DNA from: Nitrosomonas sp.
GTDB taxonomy: Bacteria; Pseudomonadota; Gammaproteobacteria; Burkholderiales; Nitrosomonadaceae
Direction of reading: 5' to 3'
NCBI GenBank assembly: GCA_021774265.1
Contig: JAJFJG010000063.1
Span: forward strand, 1 to 61,813
Length of the DNA stretch: 61,813 nt
In this document: one piece after another, positions 52,390 to 61,813 of the stretch
Numbering within the stretch: the stretch's first letter is position 1
How the letters are laid out: each line of letters starts with the position of its first letter
Program-made: the position numbers and the translations under genes
The notes under the pieces: generated by a model
Told to the model about the DNA's origin: nothing
The model's input: only the letters and a program-made list of their open reading frames with translations
Databases searched by the model: none

Positions 52390-53645
52390 ACGTCATAAAT
52401 GCCACCGTGCCAACACCAGTACAAGCGGCTAGAGAAATAGAATCTTTTCGTAACGACTTCCCTATTCTTAAGCTCAAAATTAATGAGAAACCATTAATCT
52501 ATCTTGATAGCGCAGCGTCCAGCCAAATGCCGCAGGTCGTCATTGACCGGCTGGTGCAGTATCAAACATCGCAACACGCCAACATTAATCGCGCTGTTTA
52601 TGAGTTGTCTGAAATTGCCACATCTGAATATGAAGGGGCAAGACGCAAATTACAGCGCTTTATTAACGCACGTGAAGACCGTGAAGTAATTTTTACCAGT
52701 GGCACAACGGATTCGATCAATCTGGTCATGCATGGATATGGGCGTAAGTTCTTTAAAGCTAATGATGAAATAATCTTAACCACTCTAGAACACCATTCTA
52801 ATATCGTACCATGGCAAATGTTAGCTGATGAAACTGGCGCAAAAATACGTGTTGTCCCTGCCAACGAAGATGGTGAGCTCTTAATTGGTGAATATAAGAA
52901 ACTCTTTAATGAGCGAACTAAATTTGTCAGTTTAATCCATGTCTCAAATGCACTCGGCACAATTAACCCAGTTAAGGAAATGATCGCGATTGCACATGAG
53001 CATCAAGTTCCAGTACTGATTGATGGGGCACAGGCTGCGCCACATATGACTGTTGATGTTCAAGACTTAGACTGTGATTTTTATTGCTTTTCTGCGCATA
53101 AACTTTACGGACCAACTGGTGTTGGCATGTTGTATGGAAAAGCGAAATTGCTTGAATCAATGCAGCCCTTCAAAGGTGGCGGTGACATGATCGCATCCGT
53201 CACATTTGAAGAAACGCTTTACACTACCATTCCACACAAATTTGAGGCGGGAACACCACCTATCGCAGCCGCCATTGGATTTGGATCTGCCATTGATTAT
53301 TTATTATCGATTGGATTAGACAAAATCAGCGACTACGAGAATGAGTTACTTAATTACGCCACTGAACAAATAAATGATTTAGCTGGTGTACGCATTATTG
53401 GAACGGCCAAAAATAAAACTGGCGTTTTATCATTTGTTATTGATGGTATTCACCCTCACGACATTGGAACCTTATTAAATGAAGAAGGTATTGCTGTACG
53501 TACCGGTCACCACTGTGCTCAACCGATCATGCAACGTTATAACATACCAGCCACATCACGTGCTTCATTTGCGTTTTACAATAATAAAACTGAAGTTGAT
53601 GCTTTAATCAAAGGCATCCATTCCGTGCAAAAGGTTTTCTCATGA
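52386..53645 (+). CDS. sufS: cysteine desulfurase (group II)
   Basis: YLDSAASSQ, EHHSNIVPW, FSAHK (PLP Lys), RTGHHCAQP. Confidence 0.96.
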   Translation: MNVINATVPTPVQAAREIESFRNDFPILKLKINEKPLIYLDSAASSQMPQVVIDRLVQYQTSQHANINRAVYELSEIATSEYEGARRKLQRFINAREDREVIFTSGTTDSINLVMHGYGRKFFKANDEIILTTLEHHSNIVPWQMLADETGAKIRVVPANEDGELLIGEYKKLFNERTKFVSLIHVSNALGTINPVKEMIAIAHEHQVPVLIDGAQAAPHMTVDVQDLDCDFYCFSAHKLYGPTGVGMLYGKAKLLESMQPFKGGGDMIASVTFEETLYTTIPHKFEAGTPPIAAAIGFGSAIDYLLSIGLDKISDYENELLNYATEQINDLAGVRIIGTAKNKTGVLSFVIDGIHPHDIGTLLNEEGIAVRTGHHCAQPIMQRYNIPATSRASFAFYNNKTEVDALIKGIHSVQKVFS

Positions 53646-54127
53646 TAAATGCAAAATCACTTTATCAAGAGGTCATTCTTGACCACAACAGAAAGCCACG
53701 CAATTATGGTGCCCTAAATGAAGCCAGTCACCATGCAGTTGGTCACAACCCACTATGTGGAGATCGTTTAAATATTGAGTTTAATCTTGAAGGTCAGTAT
53801 ATTAACGAAATTGCATTTCAAGGTGAATCTTGCGCGATTTGTAAAGCTTCTGCTTCTATGATGACCACTGCGGTTAAAGGCAAAACATGTTTAGATGTCG
53901 AAACACTCATACAAGAATTTCGTGATATGGCAACGGGAAAGCTCAGTTTGGAAGACCCACATCACCTGGGTCGATTAACTATTTTCTCCAACATTAGAGA
54001 TCTGCCAACACGTGTTAAATGCGCGATTCTCCCATGGCACACACTACATGCCGCTCTTCATTCTGAAACAAGCACGTCTACCGAAGCAGAGAATGATCCA
54101 GTGCAATCTTCAACTGATACAGCCTAA
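53642..54127 (+). CDS. sufU: SUF system NifU-like sulfur-transfer protein
   Basis: LYQEVILDH, NPLCGD, CAICKASAS, RVKCAILPW. Confidence 0.93.
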   Translation: MINAKSLYQEVILDHNRKPRNYGALNEASHHAVGHNPLCGDRLNIEFNLEGQYINEIAFQGESCAICKASASMMTTAVKGKTCLDVETLIQEFRDMATGKLSLEDPHHLGRLTIFSNIRDLPTRVKCAILPWHTLHAALHSETSTSTEAENDPVQSSTDTA

Positions 54128-54234
54128 CTTAAGATTGCTAACTTTATAGACCTAGCCAAAAAATAGACAACAATTTCTTACTCGTTTCACAACTGCATAA
54201 CAATAATTGAACGATCAAGTTAACTGGATATTAA

Positions 54235-54795
54235 ATGCCTAAAATAGCCGACATAGAAGGAACACCCAACAAAAACGCACTGAAGTTCATACTCAAGGAA
54301 CCACTAACCTGGGGGGTCACGCATTCATATGATAATGCTGATGAAGCAAAGGATGACCCACTCGCATCAGCGCTTTTTGATATCGACCATATAACCAATG
54401 TGCTTTATATTGATAGCTGGATAACTGTCACACAGGATGGCGAAGCAAACTGGCAAGATTTAGCTCGAGAAGTCGCTGACCCTATACGTGCAGCGCCAGG
54501 TGCCACAGCTGAATCGAACAAAGCCGTCACCCAAGCAAATAAGGCTTTAGAGAACTTAAGTCCTGAGGATAAATTACGTCTTGAACGTATAAACATCATG
54601 CTGGATGAGGAAGTTCGTCCATTCCTACAAAGTGATGGTGGCGACCTCCATGTACTGAGTTTAGAAGGAGACATCCTCCGTATTCATTACCAAGGGGCAT
54701 GTGGCACTTGTCCAAGCTCTATAACAGGCACACTCAGAGGCATAGAGCAAATGTTAAAGTCAATAGAGCCCAGCATACAGGTTGTTGCAGACTAA
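54235..54795 (+). CDS. Nfu-type Fe-S carrier (Nfu N-terminal scaffold + NifU C-terminal domain)
   Basis: TPNKNALKF N-domain; VRPFLQSDGGD, GACGTCPSS (CxxC). Confidence 0.92.
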   Translation: MPKIADIEGTPNKNALKFILKEPLTWGVTHSYDNADEAKDDPLASALFDIDHITNVLYIDSWITVTQDGEANWQDLAREVADPIRAAPGATAESNKAVTQANKALENLSPEDKLRLERINIMLDEEVRPFLQSDGGDLHVLSLEGDILRIHYQGACGTCPSSITGTLRGIEQMLKSIEPSIQVVAD

Positions 54796-54988
54796 AAACT
54801 TAGCCTAAATGTTTAATAAAAAAGGTAATTTCCCGCCATTTTTTTAAAACCGGGCATTTCTATTTGATTCCAATATTAAATTGTTGGCACACAAGCCCCG
54901 AGAAATATTCCAAGGTTTCTCGTCAGCTAGATCGTCAATTTTCACTCAGTATTCTATCGAGAAAATAAACTTGCTCCGCGCGGAAAAC

Positions 54989-55036
54989 CACAAGAAATTT
55001 CAAGTTTAAGCATTGATAAACATGAAATTTCTTGTG
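54989..55036. terminator. long hairpin between convergent suf and MBOAT units
   Basis: CACAAGAAATTTCA-A-GTTTA / TAAAC-A-TGAAATTTCTTGTG; ends 6 nt from the stop of the minus-strand gene. Confidence 0.75.
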
Positions 55037-55042
55037 TCAATG

Positions 55043-56284
55043 TTACTGCACGAATCTGGCATAAAGATCTTTTAAACTGATGAACTCTGTATTATGCACT
55101 TTGACATATTTGTGCTGACGTTGCCGCAATTTCTCAAGGTGGACTTCAATCTCATCAGGTTGCAAGAGTGTGCCGACTTTCAATATTTCACAGTCCTCGC
55201 CGCCGACCATTCTATTGATCATCGCATTCCCAAGTTCACTGCGATAATGTCCTGGCTCCCAAAATCCCACCAAGGCTTTTCCGGCTTCTGACGGCGCAGG
55301 TGGTATAGAAAACTCGTCGAAATCATGAAAATCCCATACTTCGGCTTGGTGTTCTTCAGCTATCTCTGTTAACACGCGTTTCCATTCCTCCTTCATACTC
55401 CATTTACCAGAAAGCGCAATTAAATTAAGAAAATCGGCATGACGCGGATTAATAAACAAGGTTACCTGGATGTCATTCGAGATCGCAAGTACTAAAATTC
55501 TTCGCAGGGTCTCAAGTGGTTTCGACCAGCGCAGCCCATCTTGGAAAAGCACTCTCTGTTGAGACAGAAGTTCAGCTACTTCAAGATTCTTCTGAGTAAA
55601 GAAGACTTTCTGTCCTTCGATTGCAATCCCGCTTAAGAACTGACGGCCTGGGTTATGTCCATCTGGGTTAATTGTAGGAGCGTTTGGGTCGCCTTGAGAT
55701 AACACTGTACGGATAGAATCGATCGTTGCTTGCAACGAGAATAATGCTTTAAATCCATTTAATAGACGATGCCACTCAAAATATTGGTTGACATTTCCAT
55801 GGGCAAAAATTTGCAGATGTTCCAGGTCACGCTTTGGTGGATTCCATTGAATGGGATCAATGAGATCATCTTGTTGAACAAAGAACAAGAAATCAAGACC
55901 CAGAAATAGATGTTCAATTCGTCCTTGATGCACGGCATGTTGCAGGTTCCGGTAGTTCTCATACAGACCTGTACCAAGCATGGCCATATTGTATACAGGC
56001 TTCATTGCTTCGGGCCAACAATGATAGCTTGGATCTAACCCTAATTCAGGTCGTGAATTTCCGAGTATCAGCGTCCTAGGCTGCACATCTAGTATACGGT
56101 ATGGCTTACTGATGCGCTCTCGGGATTCGGCAACTGGCTTAGTTTGATTGATATCTTTTATCCGTGTATTCCCGAACATGTCGTACGGATCCACGAACCA
56201 GTTCCAACTTGCACAAACAGCCAATATCAAAAACGTAAAGCCAATTAACCATCGTATGTAAGAGCTTTGAGGGTCTTTACACAT
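55043..56284 (-). CDS. membrane-anchored SGNH-like protein, probable acyl-transfer partner of the MBOAT
   Basis: N-terminal TM ending NWFVDPY; ILGNSR (block I-like), YNMAMLG (block II-like), FWEPGHY (xxH block); 5 nt downstream of the MBOAT gene. Confidence 0.65.
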   Translation of the reverse strand: MCKDPQSSYIRWLIGFTFLILAVCASWNWFVDPYDMFGNTRIKDINQTKPVAESRERISKPYRILDVQPRTLILGNSRPELGLDPSYHCWPEAMKPVYNMAMLGTGLYENYRNLQHAVHQGRIEHLFLGLDFLFFVQQDDLIDPIQWNPPKRDLEHLQIFAHGNVNQYFEWHRLLNGFKALFSLQATIDSIRTVLSQGDPNAPTINPDGHNPGRQFLSGIAIEGQKVFFTQKNLEVAELLSQQRVLFQDGLRWSKPLETLRRILVLAISNDIQVTLFINPRHADFLNLIALSGKWSMKEEWKRVLTEIAEEHQAEVWDFHDFDEFSIPPAPSEAGKALVGFWEPGHYRSELGNAMINRMVGGEDCEILKVGTLLQPDEIEVHLEKLRQRQHKYVKVHNTEFISLKDLYARFVQ

Positions 56285-56289
56285 CGCGA

Positions 56290-57867
56290 TTAAAACTGAA
56301 AATATAAAAACTCAGAGATATTGGTCAACGCCAATATACCAAGTGCACAAACAATCGATACACAACCAGCAAAGAAAACACCTGGTTGCCAGCTGATACA
56401 ATTTATCCACCGAGAAAACGGTTGAATACTGTGTGCATCATTAGACTCATAGACCTTTAAGGCAGGTTCAAATTTTCGCATGAACTCTTGTGTGTTTGGC
56501 ATAATTAACACGATAGGAAACAATGTAAGTATCCAGAGATAAGTGCCAACAAACTTACTGCCACCGCCAAGATACGTTGTGATACCAATTGCGCCTAAGA
56601 GTTCTCCAAATACACCAAGTCTCGCGACAATATTATTGGGTAATGCAACGCCATTCATACCCAACATACCTTCCAATATAGCAATCGCACTCGAAAAGCT
56701 TGTGGCGCGAAAAAAAACCCACCCTATTACAACCGCAATAAATGTAATTAACCAAGCTAATGCACGCCAATATGACTTCCTCAGTATAGATACGGGGATA
56801 AAAACGCAACAAAACTTTTCCCATGCATGATTTATTATGAGATAGCAGCCATGCAGCCCTCCCCATATTACAAACGTCCAACCAGCACCATGCCATAACC
56901 CACCCAACAGCATTGTCGTCATTAGGTTACTGTACCTACGAATATTTCCATTCCGACTCCCCCCCAACGGAATGTAAAGATAATCGCGCAGAAATCTGGA
57001 TAGACTCATATGCCAGCGTCGCCAAAATTCGACAATACTCGTTGATTTGTAGGGTGAGTGAAAATTTAGTGGCAATCGAATACCGAAAAGACGAGCAGCA
57101 CCGATGGCCATATCAGAGTATCCGGAAAAATCAAAATAGAGTTGGAATGTATACGCAAGAGCACCGCCCCAAGCTTCAAAGAAAGTGAGCATATCTCCAT
57201 TCTCGGCCGCTTCAAATATTGGAGATGCGTGTAGCGCAGCGCCATCCGCCAACACGGTTTTCTTAAACAAACCGAGACTAAAGATCGTAAGACCGACTGC
57301 TATATTCATCAATTGCTTACGCGAAGAAAAACGTTGCATAAACTGCGGCATCATTTCGCGATGATGAACAATAGGTCCTGCTATTAATTGAGGAAAGAAC
57401 GTGACGAAAAGAGCATAATGCAAGAAACGGTACTCATCTGTGATCGCTCTGTACGAATCAACGAGATAAGCTATCTGCTGAAAAGTAAAAAATGAGATTG
57501 CAAGTGGCAAAACAATATCATCCAGTCTAAATCCTGTATCGCTAATTGCATTGATATTAGCAACCAAAAATCCCGCATATTTAAAATAGCCAAGAGTAGC
57601 AAGATTAAGCGTGATTCCCGTAATAAGATAGTATGAACCATAAACAGTAGATCGGTTTTTGCTGATGATGCGGCCAAAAATGAAATTTGCCGCCATTGAA
57701 GTGAGAATTAGTGGAAGGTAGTATGGATTCCACCAACCGTAGAAAAATAAAGATGCTATAACTAACCAGCTGAGCGCAATTTCTTGCCCCAGTCGCGCCA
57801 GCACAAAGTACATTATATATGCGATGGGCAGAAAGACGAAAATGAATTCGTAGGAATTAAATAGCAT
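56290..57867 (-). CDS. AlgI/DltB-like MBOAT O-acyltransferase
   Basis: MLFNSYEF, LPLAISFFTFQQIAY, FFPQLIAGPI, YFDFSGYSDMAIG, FWRRWHMSLS, GLWHGA, FLYFQF. Confidence 0.95.
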   Translation of the reverse strand: MLFNSYEFIFVFLPIAYIMYFVLARLGQEIALSWLVIASLFFYGWWNPYYLPLILTSMAANFIFGRIISKNRSTVYGSYYLITGITLNLATLGYFKYAGFLVANINAISDTGFRLDDIVLPLAISFFTFQQIAYLVDSYRAITDEYRFLHYALFVTFFPQLIAGPIVHHREMMPQFMQRFSSRKQLMNIAVGLTIFSLGLFKKTVLADGAALHASPIFEAAENGDMLTFFEAWGGALAYTFQLYFDFSGYSDMAIGAARLFGIRLPLNFHSPYKSTSIVEFWRRWHMSLSRFLRDYLYIPLGGSRNGNIRRYSNLMTTMLLGGLWHGAGWTFVIWGGLHGCYLIINHAWEKFCCVFIPVSILRKSYWRALAWLITFIAVVIGWVFFRATSFSSAIAILEGMLGMNGVALPNNIVARLGVFGELLGAIGITTYLGGGSKFVGTYLWILTLFPIVLIMPNTQEFMRKFEPALKVYESNDAHSIQPFSRWINCISWQPGVFFAGCVSIVCALGILALTNISEFLYFQF

Positions 57868-58154
57868 TGGTTTGCACTATTAGTCCTCTCAGCTCGAACC
57901 AAGCAGGGCACTTACTATTAATTTTCAGTTGTTCTTTTATTATGGATAAAATAGATCTACGATAAGAATATACGGTAAGCGTATAGGGAAACTTGAAGGT
58001 CATTTTCAAAAAATATAAATCTACTGGATGTTGGATGTACTGTCAAACTAAATGACGGAAACATAAGGAATAAATAAACTGTCAGGGTTTATAGCAAATG
58101 ATCTGCTAGAAACTATTGCATCTTATTTGACTGATGAGTAATAGTGATGATCCT

Positions 58155-58341
58155 TCAATTTGATATTTTAGAATACAGTTTAAACACCAAGCAAATATTT
58201 CGAAGCTTCTTTTCTGCCCCTTCATCAAATACCGATCTCCGATATTTCTCTGGAAAAATCAAGTGGCACATCAACACCGTCACATCATGACTTTTATGAA
58301 TATGCTCGATCATCATAATATTTTTGCAGCAAGCTGCGGGG
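58155..58341 (-). pseudogene. IS200/IS605-family tnpA 5' fragment with terminal hairpin
   Basis: From ATG 58316: EHIHKSHDVTVLMCHLIFPEKYRRSVFD...LRNICL resembles the TnpA N-terminus; truncated before the HUH motif; hairpin GCAGC-AA-GCTGC at 58326-58337. Confidence 0.78.
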
Positions 58342-58369
58342 CATAGAACCTCAAAAAATATAATAAACA

Positions 58370-59362
58370 TCAAACAACATCAACATTTCTGGCCATGTTA
58401 CGAGACATATGCAGCATAAACTTCAAATAATCACTGACCCAAGGCGTAAAGCGAGGTAGTTGATATAAGTCACAACCTTTCTTAGCCGCTCCCCACGTTG
58501 TAGTGCATGCTGCATCAAACCCTAGACCTTTAATTATTTCAATGTGGTTTGATAGGTAGTCTTGATTGGGCTTACCATTAGGGTATGCAAAAAGTCGTAC
58601 GGGTGAATTAATAATATGCTCAAGCGTTTCTTTATTTTCTGCAATTTCAGAATACGCAGCCTCATTAGTCAAGCGCGCCAAAATGGGATGGTTAGTCGTA
58701 TGCCCTCCAATGCCCATACCAGAACGATGTAATTTTAAAACCTGTTCGGATGTCATCATCAGATTACCCGGCAAGGAAACCGGAATGAGAGAACATAGCT
58801 GATCAATCTTCTGCTTTCTTATTTCAAATGGCAAATATTTAAGAGCATTTATTAATGAAAACAATGCCTCTCGACGTTGTGGCAACGTATTCATCTCATG
58901 TTTACCCAGGTCCATCTTGGTTAAATCGAGTAAATCAACAGGCACTCGTCGCATCCATTCAATTACGACATCATTCCACATAATGCCACCATTAATAAAT
59001 CCCGTCGCCACAAAAAATGTTGCCGATACACCATGTTTTTGAAGTATGGGAAGTGCTATTTCCTCATTATCAGCGTACCCATCATCAAACGTAATACAAG
59101 CTGCCCGACTCGGCAGCGTTCCATTTTGTATTCTTTGCACTGCTTCATGCAAAGGCAGAACATTAAAATTTTCAGAAAAATATTTTACTTGCAAGTCAAA
59201 ACTGGTCGCACTCGCGCTAATTCCAAGTAACTCATCATCCTCTTCCTGAACCCGATGATAAATAGAAATTGATAATCGCGCATTTTTTCCCGAAGGAGAA
59301 AGGCTTGAGGTAATCATTTTTAACGGAAACGACAATAAACTGCGATTTATAGATTCAGTCAT
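58370..59362 (-). CDS. polysaccharide deacetylase (CE4/NodB)
   Basis: IYHRV, ITFDDGYADN, ATFFV, GGHTTNHPIL, FAYPNG; ATG 59362 overlaps the upstream stop (track start 59437). Confidence 0.9.
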   Translation of the reverse strand: MTESINRSLLSFPLKMITSSLSPSGKNARLSISIYHRVQEEDDELLGISASATSFDLQVKYFSENFNVLPLHEAVQRIQNGTLPSRAACITFDDGYADNEEIALPILQKHGVSATFFVATGFINGGIMWNDVVIEWMRRVPVDLLDLTKMDLGKHEMNTLPQRREALFSLINALKYLPFEIRKQKIDQLCSLIPVSLPGNLMMTSEQVLKLHRSGMGIGGHTTNHPILARLTNEAAYSEIAENKETLEHIINSPVRLFAYPNGKPNQDYLSNHIEIIKGLGFDAACTTTWGAAKKGCDLYQLPRFTPWVSDYLKFMLHMSRNMARNVDVV

Positions 59363-60131
59363 TTGAAGAACGTTCTCCATGTAATATAAAGGCATGGCAA
59401 AACAGTGGGCCAGCAAATGGAACATAATTAAAAACACACTCAGCCAATCGATTTTCTACCAACCATTGATATTGACTCCATCGTGAAGGAAGTATTGGTA
59501 GCCAATAAAGTTTAATATTAATTAGTTTTGCGTTTCTCATTAACACCTTCATATTATGATGAGACTCGTACCGTAAATGCTTAGGGCGCCCACGAAACCA
59601 GCGCAAAAACCGCTCTGAGATATGTGGCAAACACCAACCATTCAACGCATCAACCCAAACCTGCCCACCGGGCCTCACAACATTCGACAGCTCCTGCGTC
59701 ACGGCCATAGAATCTTCAAGTGCTTGCGTAACACCAAAACATATAACACCATCACAACAGCCTCCTTTTATAGGAAGATGATTAACATCTGCCTTACACC
59801 AAGATACGCTATCATCTCCTCTCGCTTTCGCTTTTTGTAAAGAAAGCAACGAATAATCAGCACCTATCACTTTTGCTCCTTGACTCACCATAAACCTTGA
59901 ATAAGTGCCTGCGCCGCAACCTGCGTCCAACCACAATCCACTCTTAGTAGACGCCCTTTCCCATCGGGAAGTAAATTGACGTAGCCGCGTTGCAAGTCCA
60001 GTTGGAGACCAACCAGCAATACCAGCATCATCTTCAGAAAAAGTTGCAAACCCCTCAAATCTTTTTCGCCATGCCCTCTCAAATGAATTCGTCATCTGTT
60101 TCCTATTCATATTGTGATACCCTAAAAGCAT
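59355..60131 (-). CDS. class I SAM-dependent methyltransferase
   Basis: WLDAGCGAGT, GADYS, ADVNHLP, VRPGG; start could be a downstream Met. Confidence 0.88.
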   Translation of the reverse strand: MLLGYHNMNRKQMTNSFERAWRKRFEGFATFSEDDAGIAGWSPTGLATRLRQFTSRWERASTKSGLWLDAGCGAGTYSRFMVSQGAKVIGADYSLLSLQKAKARGDDSVSWCKADVNHLPIKGGCCDGVICFGVTQALEDSMAVTQELSNVVRPGGQVWVDALNGWCLPHISERFLRWFRGRPKHLRYESHHNMKVLMRNAKLINIKLYWLPILPSRWSQYQWLVENRLAECVFNYVPFAGPLFCHAFILHGERSSND

Positions 60132-60307
60132 TAAAAATTTCTAATTTCTTGTCCAATGAAAAATGGAAAATAATATCTCATTGCTCATTAACTCAGGTTT
60201 AATTGATGTTCACTTAACTATAATCCAAACACTGGAAAACCTTTTGGCTAATTGGCCTAACATAAGCTTGCTATTCAAAAAGCTCGCGCCTTAAATATTG
60301 AATAAAC

Positions 60308-60949
60308 TTGAACAAATGTCCGGTGTGCACACAAAATTCCTTACAAAAATTTTACCAGGATAAACAAAGAATTTTTTTACAATGCAACACCTGCAAATTA
60401 ATCAGTGTCCCTACCGAAAATCAGCTATCTCCCGCAGATGAAAAAGCACAATACGATAAACACCAAAACAATCCTGAAGATATAGGCTACAGGAAATTTT
60501 TATCGCGTGTTTTTGATCCACTCCTTAAGCAAATCTCACGAAACTCGCTTGGGCTTGATTTCGGATGCGGACCCGGTCCAACGATTTGTCACATGGCTAA
60601 CGAACATGGTATTAAGGTCTGCAATTATGACTTATATTATTTTAATCAACCAGAATTACTGGAAAGACAATATGATTTTATAACGATGACTGAAGTCATA
60701 GAACATATTGCAGATCCTAAATTACTGTTCGTCAAACTCGACACTCTACTTAAACGGGAAGGTCTCCTTGCCATTATGACTAAACGCGTAATGGATATTC
60801 AAGCATTTAGCAACTGGCACTACAAGAATGACCCGACTCATATTTGTTTTTATTCGATCAAAACTTTTGAATGGATAGCGCTCAAATTAGAATGGCGGCT
60901 TGAAGTTATTGATAAAGATGTTATTTTTCTTCACAAAGATAATCACTAA
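60308..60949 (+). CDS. class I SAM-dependent methyltransferase with N-terminal zinc ribbon
   Basis: CPVC...CNTC, GLDFGCGPGP, TEVIEH, WHYKNDPTHICF; TTG start. Confidence 0.88.
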   Translation: MNKCPVCTQNSLQKFYQDKQRIFLQCNTCKLISVPTENQLSPADEKAQYDKHQNNPEDIGYRKFLSRVFDPLLKQISRNSLGLDFGCGPGPTICHMANEHGIKVCNYDLYYFNQPELLERQYDFITMTEVIEHIADPKLLFVKLDTLLKREGLLAIMTKRVMDIQAFSNWHYKNDPTHICFYSIKTFEWIALKLEWRLEVIDKDVIFLHKDNH

Positions 60950-61138
60950 TTTCTTTTTATAAACCCTTATATTTTTCAAAAAACTATTCTATCTATCTAT
61001 AAAGAATTCCATCATATGTGAAAATTGTATTTTATGATTTTCAGGTATAATGAATTGGTTTATATACTTAAGTAATAAGATTAAACGTTTTAGAATTAAT
61101 TAATTTTCGTCACAGAACGGAAAGGGAGATAAAAATAA

Positions 61139-61609
61139 ATGAATATAAAGTTAGTTGCTTTTTTATTATTAGCGTTAGTAATGTCATGGTCGGCTGTAGC
61201 CTCAGCATCTGATGAGGCCACAGAAAATGGGGCTAAAGAAGTTGTTGCTGAAGAGGTTGCGGAAGAATCATCTGAGCCATTGGTTTCAGGCATTGGTTGG
61301 CAGCTTATTCGCTCCGTAGAGCTAGGTAGTTCAGGTAAGTTTGTCAATATGGTACTTATTGAACAAGGCCGACAGGCAGATAAAACTATCTATAGTTCCG
61401 CTCTTAACCGACTGTGCCGTGATGAAAAAGAATTTTGTCGAGTCAGATTCTGGATGCAAGAACGATTCATTCCTGAAAAAGCTTCCATGACCACAGTACA
61501 GTATCAGCATTTACTCGCTGACCACTTGTTTAACCGTGAAGCCGGTATCCATCAAATAGAATATGCTTGCTCAGTTGATCCAACTAGCGATAGCTGTATA
61601 GCTCACTAA
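61139..61609 (+). CDS. secreted hypothetical protein
   Basis: 156 aa; signal peptide (ASA), acidic linker, four Cys; SD GGAG; no family recognised. Confidence 0.75.
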   Translation: MNIKLVAFLLLALVMSWSAVASASDEATENGAKEVVAEEVAEESSEPLVSGIGWQLIRSVELGSSGKFVNMVLIEQGRQADKTIYSSALNRLCRDEKEFCRVRFWMQERFIPEKASMTTVQYQHLLADHLFNREAGIHQIEYACSVDPTSDSCIAH

Positions 61610-61623
61610 CCAACAAGTAATTT

Positions 61624-61655
61624 ACCCCTAATCGTCCATTTGAACGATTAGGGGT
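61624..61655. terminator. hairpin terminator between convergent genes
   Basis: ACCCCTAATCGT / ACGATTAGGGGT perfect 12-bp stem. Confidence 0.82.
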
Positions 61656-61680
61656 TAGAACAACACCCACCCATTAACAA

Positions 61681-61813
61681 CTAAATATGTAGCGCCCGTT
61701 TATCCACAGCCAAAGCTGCCTCATGTAGCGTTTCCGATAATGATGGATGTGCATGAATAATTCTAGCCAAGTCTTCGCTGCTTGCTGAAAATGCCATGGC
61801 CACAACCGCTTCA
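61681..61813 (-). CDS. lpdA: dihydrolipoamide dehydrogenase, 3' end (partial, runs off the window)
   Basis: Manual translation [43 protein letters not shown] with the HPxxxE active-site motif. Confidence 0.93.
   Translation of the reverse strand, partial: EAVVAMAFSASSEDLARIIHAHPSLSETLHEAALAVDKRALHI

Overview
An AT-rich chromosomal window from a betaproteobacterium. The gene content (eno-ftsB, XrtA/PEP-CTERM EPS locus, iscR-suf operon, HpnG-like phosphorylase, copper proteins) suggests a Nitrosomonas-like chemolithoautotroph; this is inference, with no database search. In order: eno, ftsB, an M32 carboxypeptidase; an 11-gene exosortase A exopolysaccharide operon (3.7-17.4 kb); a minus-strand inorganic-carbon uptake cluster (17.5-28.9 kb); a decayed IS5-family element carrying a nested 89-bp MITE; two two-component systems flanking an HpnG-like phosphorylase; hemE, dgt, an aroK-aroB fusion; an RND pump pair; a membrane-anchored two-domain multicopper oxidase with a His-rich cupredoxin; iscR-iscA-sufBCDSU-nfu with tandem IscR boxes; an MBOAT/SGNH acyltransferase pair, an IS200 tnpA relic, a deacetylase, two methyltransferases, a secreted hypothetical and the 3' end of lpdA. 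The best candidate for an under-described system is the carbon cluster: SulP, Usp, DabA, DabB and three extra NuoM-like subunits, which may form a complex-I-like membrane arm around a vectorial carbonic anhydrase. The second is the anchored MCO/cupredoxin pair. No rRNA, tRNA or CRISPR array was seen. All family assignments come from motif recognition by eye.
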